Shown here in pieces: positions 26,389-34,152 of a DNA stretch of 64,000 nt; the stretch's first letter is position 1; each line of letters begins with the position of its first letter. The notes under the pieces were generated by a model that was not told the origin of the DNA, searched no databases, and was given only the letters and a program-made list of their open reading frames with translations. The stretch lies in contig QHUZ01000034.1 in NCBI GenBank assembly GCA_003223395.1, forward strand, positions 78,930-142,929. The letters run 5' to 3'. Position numbers and translations under genes: made by a program. The DNA is from Gemmatimonadota bacterium (lineage in GTDB: Bacteria > Gemmatimonadota > Gemmatimonadetes > Gemmatimonadales > GWC2-71-9).

Positions 26389-27119
26389 TGCGGCTCGAGG
26401 GCGCGGCCGCGCTGGTCACCGGAGCCGGGACGCGGATCGGGCAAGCGATCGCGATTGGGTTGGCGCGCTCCGGCTGCGACGTCGCGATTCACTACCACGG
26501 CTCAGCACAGGGCGCGGAGGAGACGGCGCGCGCGGTGCGGGCGGCAGGTCGGCGGGCCGAGCTGTTGCCGGCGGATCTCGCCGATGCGGCGGCGGCGCGC
26601 GGACTCGCGGATAAGGCCGCCCGCGCCCTGAAGCGACTCGACGTCGTGGTCAACTCTGCCGCGATCATGACGCGCGAACCGGTGGAAGCTGTCACCCCTG
26701 AGAGTTGGGACGCGACGTTCGACCTCAACCTGCGCGCGATGTTTTTCGTCTCGCAGGGGGCGATTCCGCATCTGCGGCGGGCCAAAGGGAAGATCGTCAA
26801 TCTGGCGGACATCGCGGGCATGGAACCATGGCCGGCCTATGTCCCGCATTGCGTCAGCAAAGCGGGCGTCATCATGCTCACCAAGGGGTTAGCCCGGGCG
26901 CTCGCCCCAGACATTGCCGTCAACGCGGTCGCGCCGGGAGCCGTGTTACTCCCTGAGCAGTGGGACGATGAGGCACGCAACCATGTTCGCGACACCACGC
27001 CGCTCCAGCGCCTCGGCTCGCCGGATGATGTCGTCGCAGCCGTGCGGTTCCTGTTGGCGGGCACCGATTACGCCACGGGCACAGTCCTGGTGATCGATGG
27101 TGGGAGACTCATCCGCTGA
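26388..27119 (+). CDS. SDR family oxidoreductase (TGxxxRIG type, pteridine-reductase/FolM-like)
   Basis: ALVTGAGTRIGQAIAIGL and YVPHCVSK (YxxxK). Junction with the previous gene is TAGTG. Confidence 0.75.
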   Translation: MRLEGAAALVTGAGTRIGQAIAIGLARSGCDVAIHYHGSAQGAEETARAVRAAGRRAELLPADLADAAAARGLADKAARALKRLDVVVNSAAIMTREPVEAVTPESWDATFDLNLRAMFFVSQGAIPHLRRAKGKIVNLADIAGMEPWPAYVPHCVSKAGVIMLTKGLARALAPDIAVNAVAPGAVLLPEQWDDEARNHVRDTTPLQRLGSPDDVVAAVRFLLAGTDYATGTVLVIDGGRLIR

Positions 27120-27853
27120 GAGACGTTGTTGTCGTCGGCGGCGGTTGCTACGGCACCTTCTACGCTTCGCAGCTGGCAAAAGCCAAGGCGCGCGGGAAGA
27201 CTGATTACCGGACCGTCATCGTCGTCGATCGAAATGCCAATTGCCAGGCGCGCCGCGAGCTTGGCGACGCGGACGATCGCCATTTTGTGACACGGGATTG
27301 GTCAGAGTTCCTCGACGACTGGCTTTCCGGCGCACAGGGCACGGCGCACGGCGCACAAGAGGATCACATTGTCCCATCCCCCCACATGCCTCATCTCATG
27401 TTCGAGTGGGTCCTGCGCCGTGCGCGCACCCGCTGGCCGAACCGCGCCGTCTCGGTCGAACCCGTTCCCGGAGACTTCCCGGCGCCCTACGACCGTCCCG
27501 GCGCAAATCACACGCGCTTCGTCTCGTTTGCGGATTGGATTTGTCCGACGCACTGCATCGAGCCGGCGCTCTGTCCCGCGATTGGCGCTCCGCGCACGTG
27601 GGAGATGGCCGACGCGGTGCGCGAGCTCGCAGAGCGGCTCCGGGCCGGCGGCCGGCCAGTGAGTGGGCCGGCGTTATTCGTGTGCAAGCATCACGTCTTC
27701 GGCGTCGGAATGTTCGCGGCCGATGCGGTGCGGGCGGGGGACCGCCTGGTCCAGGAAGCTGGCTCGGAAAGCGCCCCGGCCGAGATTCTAGTCGGGACGA
27801 TCTCGAGCTGTCACGGGGCGTTGAACCTGTTGACGCTGGGGCGTGCGCCGTGA
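27116..27853 (+). CDS. uncharacterised Rossmann-fold, Cys-rich protein; probable CTG start overlapping the upstream stop
   Basis: The frame reads (L/M)RDVVVVGGGCYGTFYASQLAKA..., a dinucleotide-binding GxGxxG, yet there is no ATG/GTG/TTG before 27287. CTG 27116-27118 overlaps TGA 27117-27119. Later motifs include WICPTHCIEPALCP. Confidence 0.6.
   Translation: MRDVVVVGGGCYGTFYASQLAKAKARGKTDYRTVIVVDRNANCQARRELGDADDRHFVTRDWSEFLDDWLSGAQGTAHGAQEDHIVPSPHMPHLMFEWVLRRARTRWPNRAVSVEPVPGDFPAPYDRPGANHTRFVSFADWICPTHCIEPALCPAIGAPRTWEMADAVRELAERLRAGGRPVSGPALFVCKHHVFGVGMFAADAVRAGDRLVQEAGSESAPAEILVGTISSCHGALNLLTLGRAP
27329..27356 (+). repeat. four tandem heptamers (GGCGCAC AGGGCAC GGCGCAC GGCGCAC) inside a CDS
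   Basis: Read directly from the sequence. It is translated as GAQGTAHGAQ. Confidence 0.8.
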
Positions 27854-27914
27854 GCCGTACGCCGTGCGCCGGAATTCACGCACTCCTGCGCACGGCGCAC
27901 AGCGCACGGCACAC
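27842..27914. repeat. structured junction element: two CGTGCGCCG direct repeats followed by four tandem inverted heptamers (TGCGCAC GGCGCAC AGCGCAC GGCACAC)
   Basis: CGTGCGCCG occurs at 27842-27850 and 27863-27871. Its reverse complement is embedded in the heptamer array at 27887-27914. The element fills the only sizeable gap (61 nt) in the operon. Confidence 0.75.
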
Positions 27915-28259
27915 GTGAATCTCGAAGATCGCCGCCGATACTTAGAGCACGCCCGGCAGCTGTTCAACACCGGAGAGTATTGGTTAGCGCACGAAGCGCT
28001 GGAAACAGTCTGGCGTTCTATTATTAAGGAAGACGAAGCGCTCGTGTGGCAGGGCCTCATTCAGGCCGCCGCCGCGCTGCTGCACCGGGCCCGCGGGAAC
28101 CGCCATGGCACCGTCGTCGTTGGAGCGGCGGCGCTGGGAAAACTGGCCGGGCCACAACGACCCGACATCGAGTTCGAAACCGTGGATTTTCGCGCGCATC
28201 TGGCGCGTGCCCTGGCGGGGGAGGGTGATCCTCCGCGACTGGAATTCCGGGACGCATGA
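27915..28259 (+). CDS. DUF309 family protein
   Basis: GTG start. ARQLFNTGEYWLAHEALETVW matches the FNxGxYxEAHExLExxW pattern I recall for DUF309. Confidence 0.65.
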   Translation: MNLEDRRRYLEHARQLFNTGEYWLAHEALETVWRSIIKEDEALVWQGLIQAAAALLHRARGNRHGTVVVGAAALGKLAGPQRPDIEFETVDFRAHLARALAGEGDPPRLEFRDA

Positions 28260-29227
28260 CGAACCGCACCGCACGCATGTATGACGTGATCATCGTTGGC
28301 GCAGGGCCGGCCGGGCTCTGCGCCGCGCTGTACGCCGGCCGTGGCATGCTCAACGCGGTCACGATCGAGCGCGGCGCGCCGGGTGGTGAGCTCCTCAATA
28401 CCGATCTCATCGAGGACTACATCGGCTTCGAGAGCATCAAGGGTTGGGAGCTCGCGCAGAAGATGAGCGAGCACGCGACAAAGTTCGGCGCCCAGATCGT
28501 GACCGACACCGTCGAGCGAATCACGAAGGACGCCGATGGCTGGTTCGATGTGCAGACGGCCCGCGGCGACACCTACCGCAGCCAGGCCGTGATCCTCACG
28601 GCGGGCGGCACACCGGTCAAGCTGGGAGTGCCGGGCGAAAAGGAGTTTGCGGGAAAGGGTGTGTCGTACTGCGCGGTGTGCGACGGCGCGTTCTTCAAGG
28701 GTGAGCGCCTCGCCGTCGTGGGGGGCGGCGACGCCGCCGTCGAGGAAGCCGATTATCTCACGCGCTACGCGAGCAAAGTGCACCTCGTGCACCGCCGCGA
28801 TGAATTCCGCGCCTCCAGGCTGCTGCAGGAGCGCGCCTTTGCGAATCCGAAGATCGAGGTCATCCGAAACACCGTGGTGCCCGAGATCGTCGGCAATACG
28901 AAGGGTGTCACGCACGCCGTGCTCGAAGACACCGCCACAGGTGAGCGCTCCAATCTCGATGTCGGCGGAGTGTTCATCTTCGCGGGATTCAAGCCCAATA
29001 CGCAGCTGGTCGAGGGCCACGTGGACCACGACGCCGGTGGGTATCTGATCACCGACAACCGCATGATGACGTCGATGGCGGGCCTGTTCGCCGCGGGTGA
29101 CGTGCGCAGCCAGGTCACCCGGCAGATTACGACCGCGGTCGGGGACGCGACCACCGCGGCGATCGCGGTCGAGAAGTACCTCAAGTCGCTGCACGAACAG
29201 CGGGGCGACGGCAAAGGCAAGCGGTGA
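28256..29227 (+). CDS. trxB: thioredoxin-disulfide reductase
   Basis: YDVIIVGAGPAGLCAALYA, the redox-active CAVCDG, and a second Rossmann segment VVGGGDAAVEEA. ATGA overlap with the upstream gene. Confidence 0.92.
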   Translation: MTNRTARMYDVIIVGAGPAGLCAALYAGRGMLNAVTIERGAPGGELLNTDLIEDYIGFESIKGWELAQKMSEHATKFGAQIVTDTVERITKDADGWFDVQTARGDTYRSQAVILTAGGTPVKLGVPGEKEFAGKGVSYCAVCDGAFFKGERLAVVGGGDAAVEEADYLTRYASKVHLVHRRDEFRASRLLQERAFANPKIEVIRNTVVPEIVGNTKGVTHAVLEDTATGERSNLDVGGVFIFAGFKPNTQLVEGHVDHDAGGYLITDNRMMTSMAGLFAAGDVRSQVTRQITTAVGDATTAAIAVEKYLKSLHEQRGDGKGKR

Positions 29228-29865
29228 AGATCGTTCAGATTCCCAACGGCGTATTCGCGGAGAACTGCTATCTCGTGGTTGACGAGCGAGCCGGCGAGTG
29301 CGCGATTGTCGATCCGGGCGAAGAGGCCGGATTGATCCTCCACAAGGTCAAGGAAACAGGCACGAAGCCGGTTGCCATTTGGCTGACGCACGCGCATCTC
29401 GACCACGTCCTCGGCGTGTCGCGAGTCGCGGCGGACACGGGGGCCCCCGTCTGGCTCCATCCCGCCGACCGGCCGCTCTATGACGCGGTGCCCGACCAGG
29501 CCGCGTGGTTTGGGCTCGCGCCCCCCGAACCGTTGCCGGCGCCTGACCAGGAGCTGGCCCACGGTGCACGCTTGACGGTCGGCGATGTGAGCTTCGAGGT
29601 TCGGCACGCGCCCGGGCACTCGCCGGGGAGCGTCTGCCTGGTGGGGCCGGGCGTCGCGCTGAGCGGTGATGTCCTGTTCGCCGGCTCGATCGGCCGAACC
29701 GACCTTCCTGGCGGTGACTTCGAGACCCTGATCGCCAGTATCGAGCGCGAGTTGCTCCCGCTTCCCGATGATACCATCCTCTACAGTGGACATGGACCCG
29801 AAACGACCATCGGACGGGAGCGCCACACCAATCCCTTCCTCACCGGCGTCTACCGGATCGGCTAA
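29224..29865 (+). CDS. MBL-fold metallo-hydrolase (glyoxalase II-like)
   Basis: WLTHAHLDHV (HxHxDH motif), 213 aa. GTGA overlap with the trxB stop. Confidence 0.85.
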   Translation: MKIVQIPNGVFAENCYLVVDERAGECAIVDPGEEAGLILHKVKETGTKPVAIWLTHAHLDHVLGVSRVAADTGAPVWLHPADRPLYDAVPDQAAWFGLAPPEPLPAPDQELAHGARLTVGDVSFEVRHAPGHSPGSVCLVGPGVALSGDVLFAGSIGRTDLPGGDFETLIASIERELLPLPDDTILYSGHGPETTIGRERHTNPFLTGVYRIG

Positions 29866-29980
29866 GCCGCGGCCGCGGTGCCTGCGGTGCGGCGCCGAGG
29901 TGCAGCCGAAACCGTGGGGCTGCAAGAATCCCTGCGCGAATTGCGGGTTTCTCTATCCGCTCGGCGACTGCTCCGATTGA
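29864..29980 (+). CDS. Cys-rich zinc-ribbon-like mini-protein frame; start codon unresolved
   Basis: The frame reads KPRPRCLRCGAEVQPKPWGCKNPCANCGFLYPLGDCSD. Hand-counted GC3 is 27/33 here versus 20/34 in the alternative frame. Its TGA overlaps TTG 29977 of the next gene (TTGA). The only canonical start is ATG 29792, well inside the MBL gene. Confidence 0.4.
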   Translation, partial: KPRPRCLRCGAEVQPKPWGCKNPCANCGFLYPLGDCSD

Positions 29981-30843
29981 ATCACGTTCTCGCCATTCTG
30001 CTGCTGGCCATTGACTGCGTCGCGCGCGCGTGGCGCATTCAGCTCGCCAGCTGGGCGGCCGGCGGCCGGCTCGAGTTTCGCGACGCCCTGCGGCTGAACC
30101 TGTATGGCGAGGCGGCTTCCACGTTCACGCCCAATCGGCTGGGAGGGGAGCCCGCGCGGTTCCTCGGGATGACGTGGTCTGGGCTCCGCGTGGTGACGGG
30201 GCTGGTGGCGCTCGGCGTGGAGGTCGCGGCCGAATGGCCGGTGTTCGGCATCATCGCACTCGCGCTCGCCGCGTACTACGTGCCCGATTGGAGCGAGGCC
30301 GCAGACCGGTTCCTGTCTCACAGCCTGGCCCGCGACTTGTTGGGGATCGAGCTCATCGTCCTCGTGATGCTGATCGTCATCTGGACGCTGCAGCGCCTGG
30401 TGCGGCCCGGAGCCATCCGGCATCGCGTGCGGCGGCAATGGCGCGTGGCGCTCGCCCACGTCCGGCGCGCGCCGTGGTGGGTCCTGTTCGCGGGCGCGTT
30501 GCTCACCGTCATCAGCCTCGCCGCGCGCGCGCTGATCTTGCCGGCACTCGTCTGGGGTCACCCCAACGCGCCGCCCTTCAGCGTAATGTTCTTCGGTTCG
30601 CTGGCGCTGCTCCATGCGCCTCTCGTCGTACCGCTCCCGTCCGGCGGCGGCGGAATCGAGGTCGCGTTCCTGTCGGGATTCGCCGGCGAATTCGGTGCGG
30701 GTCATCAAGTGATGATGCTGCTCCAGTGGCGTTTCTACACGACGATTCTGTTGACGGTGCTCGGGATGTATCTGCTCGTGCGGACGCACGGCGTGCGGGC
30801 GGCGAAGGACTTGTTTACCGTCGGATGGTTCCGGCGGCGCTAG
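29977..30843 (+). CDS. flippase-like / UPF0104 (lysyl-PG synthase TM region-like) membrane protein
   Basis: LNLYGEAASTFTPNRLGGEPARF resembles the UPF0104 core motif, and the protein is multi-TM. Start taken at TTG 29977 (MNHVLAILLLAI...). GTG 29878 is the ORF-track alternative, but that extension has poor GC3. Confidence 0.6.
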   Translation: MNHVLAILLLAIDCVARAWRIQLASWAAGGRLEFRDALRLNLYGEAASTFTPNRLGGEPARFLGMTWSGLRVVTGLVALGVEVAAEWPVFGIIALALAAYYVPDWSEAADRFLSHSLARDLLGIELIVLVMLIVIWTLQRLVRPGAIRHRVRRQWRVALAHVRRAPWWVLFAGALLTVISLAARALILPALVWGHPNAPPFSVMFFGSLALLHAPLVVPLPSGGGGIEVAFLSGFAGEFGAGHQVMMLLQWRFYTTILLTVLGMYLLVRTHGVRAAKDLFTVGWFRRR

Positions 30844-30932
30844 CGAGGACACACCCGATGGGCGATTCTTGGCTCGATACCGACGGCGGCCGAACTGAGG
30901 GAGGCGTGGTGGCGGCAGTGAATCAGACACGG

Positions 30933-32137
30933 ATGGAACGTGATCCGTTGGGAGAGATGCCCGTGCCGGCCGAGGCGCCGTGGGGCATCCAGACCGAGCG
31001 CGCACGGCAGAGGCCGGTGCCGGTACCTCGCACAACATGAATTGCAACGAGGTGCTCGCGAACCGCGCCAACGAGTTGCTGGGAGGGAAGCGGGGCGAGT
31101 ACAAGCCGGTCCATCCGAACGATCACGTCAACATGGCGCAGTCGACGAACGACGTGATTCCCACTGCGATCCGCCTCGGTGCGCTGTTACAGCTGGCGGC
31201 GCTGACCGAATCGCTCACCCGTCTCGCGCGGGCATTCGCGGCAAAGGGCAAGGAGTTCGACTCGATTGTGAAGTCGGGCCGCACCCACCTCCAGGATGCG
31301 ACGCCGATCCGGCTCGGCCAGGAGTTCGCGGCGTACGGGCACACCGTCGAGCGCAACCGCGATCGGATCGTGCGCACGGCCGACGATCTCCGCGATCTGG
31401 GAATCGGCGGCACGGCGGTCGGCACCGGGCTGAACGCCGAGCCGCAATATCCGGCATTGATGGTCAAGCACCTGCGCGCGATGACGAAACTCGAGCTGCG
31501 GGAAGGAAAGGATCGCGTGCAGCTCATGCAGTCGATGGGTGACGCGACGGCACTCTCGGGCGCCGTCCGCACCTATGCCGCCGACCTCGGCAAGATCGCG
31601 AGTGACCTGCGGCTGCTGGCGTCTGGGCCACGCACCGGTCTCGCGGAGATCGTGTTGCCGGCGGTGCAGCCGGGCTCGAGTATCATGCCCGGGAAAGTGA
31701 ATCCCTCGATTCCCGAAATGGTGAATCAGGTCTGCTTCCAGGTGATTGGGAACGACGTGACCGTAACCGCCGCCGCCGAGGCAGGACAACTCGAGCTGAA
31801 CGTGATGATGCCGGTCATCGCGCACAATCTGCTGTTCTCCATGACCATCCTCACCACTGCGACGCGTGTGTTGGCGGAGCGATCGGTGGACGGCATCACG
31901 GCCGACGCGGCGCAGGCGGCGCACTGGCTCGAGCGCAGTCCGGCGCTCGTGACGGCGCTCGCGCCGAAGATCGGGTACGCCGAAGCGGCGAAACTGGCGA
32001 AGGAAGCCGTGGCGAAGAACGTCACCGTGCGCCAACTGGTGATGGAGAAAGGGCTGTTGAAGGGCAAGGAGCTGGACGAGGTGCTCGACTTGCGGGCAAT
32101 GACGGAGCTGGGGGTGCCGGGCGAGCGGGAGAAGTGA
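30933..32137 (+). pseudogene. aspA: aspartate ammonia-lyase (class II fumarase/aspartase family) with an internal out-of-frame deletion
   Basis: Frame 0 reads MERDPLGEMPVPAEAPWGIQTERA, an AspA N-terminus, then stops at 31040. Frame 2, from about 31005, reads AGAGTSHNMNCNEVLAN...HPNDHVNMAQSTNDV...GSSIMPGKVNPSIPEMVNQVCFQVIGND. About 70 residues that normally lie between these blocks are absent. Confidence 0.7.
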
Positions 32138-32159
32138 CTCTCACATCGGAGACGCACCT

Positions 32160-32579
32160 ATGAACAGCTGGATCGTTGCCGGTCTGATCGCGGGCGTCGT
32201 CATGTACCTGGTGGACTGGGTCGTGTGGAGCAAAGTGTTCAATAGCGCAGGTGTCGCCGCGATGGGCGGGCACATGTCGCCGGAGGAGATGAAGAGCTTC
32301 ATGGGTCCCGCGCTGGCGAAATCGGCGATACTCTCGCTGGCCTTTGGCGTGCTGTTCGCCTGGGTCTACGGCCAATTCCGCGGTGCGCTGTGGGTTCAGG
32401 GCGGAGGGGTTTTTGCGGGAATGGAATTCGCCACGGTGCTGTGGCTCCCAATCTGTTTCGCGATGTTCGGCAGCAGCGTCTGGTACGTGAAGGTGAAGTC
32501 GTTGCAGCAGGCCACCTGCTGGGCCTGGCTGATTCGCATGAATGCGGCGGGCATCGTGGTCGGTTTGCTCATGAGGTGA
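32160..32579 (+). CDS. small integral membrane protein (DUF1761-like)
   Basis: 139 aa with four hydrophobic segments. The family assignment is from memory only. Confidence 0.55.
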   Translation: MNSWIVAGLIAGVVMYLVDWVVWSKVFNSAGVAAMGGHMSPEEMKSFMGPALAKSAILSLAFGVLFAWVYGQFRGALWVQGGGVFAGMEFATVLWLPICFAMFGSSVWYVKVKSLQQATCWAWLIRMNAAGIVVGLLMR

Positions 32580-32624
32580 TCGGAGTCACGGCACCGGCGA
32601 GCGCGACGGCGTAAAAGTTTCCTC

Positions 32625-33668
32625 ATGCGTACCCTGACGCTTGTCTTCCTCGCGCTCGCGACTGCCGGTAATGCGGTCGCGCAGCGCCGCGCCCGCATCG
32701 GCCCCACGGTCTCATCCATTTCGATCGAAGACGGCTCCGGTGGCAGTCAATCCTTCACATCGTTCGGCGGCAGTCTCGCATTTCTCTCCGGCGACGACGG
32801 CGAAATCGGTGTTGGGGTGTCGCGCTACGGCGATCTGTCCAGCAGCAGCTGCGTCCGGCAGATGACGTTCGTTGGGCTCGAGTCGAACTACTATCCCATC
32901 GGCGCGAAAGGCGTCGCACCATTCGCGTCGAGCGCCGTGGGGTTGGCGCGCGTCCTCGACCAGGATCCGACGCTCACGCCGCTGCTGGGGTGCAACACAT
33001 CCGCACAGACCACCAACGAGCTCGGGTTGGGCTTCGGTCTCGGCGTGCGCGTCAATCTCGGCAACCAGGCCACCGCCCTCGTCGAGGGCCGTTTTTTCCA
33101 GGTTCCGAACAGTGCGATCAAGGCACTCGAAGGGCGCGCCAACGTCTCGTTTGCATTCGGGGGTGCGAACAAGAAGACGCAGCTGTTGAACGGCACCCTT
33201 GGGCCCGCGATCGGCGTGCTCATGCCGCTCAGTGGCGCGCTCGAAGGTCGTGGCCCGACGGCAGGCGTACGCTTCCGCCGCGATCAGAAGAAGGGCGGGT
33301 CGCTCGGACTGCAGATCGATTACGCGCCGTTCACCGTGAGGACCGGCTGCTCGACCAATTGTCGTCCGTACGCCATCCTGTTTGCTCCGGGATATGAACC
33401 GTCCCTGCACCCAGCCTGGGGACGCTTCTACGCCGAGCTCGGGGTCTTGCTCGCCGGTTTCCCGCAGATCGGGGGCGATCGCGGCGTCGCCCAGGGTGCC
33501 CACGCGGGACTCGGCGCCGACATCTTCAGCGGCCGGACGCTGATGACGAACGTCAACGCGCGCGTGTTGTGGATGCAGCGCAATGATCCGAACAATCGCA
33601 ATGCGTTCATCCTGCAAGTGGGTGGCAGTCTGAGCCCCAGGCTGGAGCGCCAGCAGCCAAGCCATTGA
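32625..33668 (+). CDS. putative outer-membrane beta-barrel protein
   Basis: Signal peptide MRTLTLVFLALATAGNAVAQ. Alternating Gly/aromatic beta-strand pattern. No family recognised. Confidence 0.6.
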   Translation: MRTLTLVFLALATAGNAVAQRRARIGPTVSSISIEDGSGGSQSFTSFGGSLAFLSGDDGEIGVGVSRYGDLSSSSCVRQMTFVGLESNYYPIGAKGVAPFASSAVGLARVLDQDPTLTPLLGCNTSAQTTNELGLGFGLGVRVNLGNQATALVEGRFFQVPNSAIKALEGRANVSFAFGGANKKTQLLNGTLGPAIGVLMPLSGALEGRGPTAGVRFRRDQKKGGSLGLQIDYAPFTVRTGCSTNCRPYAILFAPGYEPSLHPAWGRFYAELGVLLAGFPQIGGDRGVAQGAHAGLGADIFSGRTLMTNVNARVLWMQRNDPNNRNAFILQVGGSLSPRLERQQPSH

Positions 33669-33699
33669 ATCCCGATAACGTCTCTCGCATATTCCCCCC

Positions 33700-34152
33700 A
33701 TGCGCGTTACGACCTGGGCGGAATACGGCTTAATCGTTTCGATCCATCTCGCCAGGCATGCGGGCAAGGGCCCCGTCGCCGCCCGCGAGCTGTCCGAGCA
33801 GGAACGCCTCCCTCATGACTACGTCGAACAGATCCTGTTGCGGATGCGCCGGGCCGGCTTAGTCGAGTCGGTGCGGGGCGCGCGCGGCGGCTATCTGCTG
33901 GCGCGCGAGCCTCGGGCCGTGAGCGTGAAGGACGTCATCGAGGCGTCCGAGCACGTGACGTTCGAGGTGAACTGCGATCTGCACCGTGTGGACGATGAGC
34001 GCTGCGATCCGGCGAACGCTTGCAGCATTCGTCCCGTCTGGCGTCTGCTGCAGCGGCGCATCGACGAGGTGCTCGCCGGCGTCTCGCTCGCCGATCTGTT
34101 GCACGCCGAGCCAGAGGTCTATCAAATCGCCGGGGTAGCGGCCGGAAATTGA
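33700..34152 (+). CDS. Rrf2 family transcriptional regulator
   Basis: MRVTTWAEYGLIVSIHLA...ELSEQERLPHDYVEQILLRMRRAGLVESVRGARGGYLLA. Three Cys lie in the C-terminal half (C-x11-C-x5-C). Confidence 0.88.
   Translation: MRVTTWAEYGLIVSIHLARHAGKGPVAARELSEQERLPHDYVEQILLRMRRAGLVESVRGARGGYLLAREPRAVSVKDVIEASEHVTFEVNCDLHRVDDERCDPANACSIRPVWRLLQRRIDEVLAGVSLADLLHAEPEVYQIAGVAAGN

Noticed and set aside
29878-29976. GTG 29878 as the start of the UPF0104-like membrane protein.
   Set aside because: Third-position GC in this stretch is about 59%, against about 82% for the overlapping Cys-rich frame. TTG 29977 gives a natural TM-proximal N-terminus. It is kept only as an alternative.
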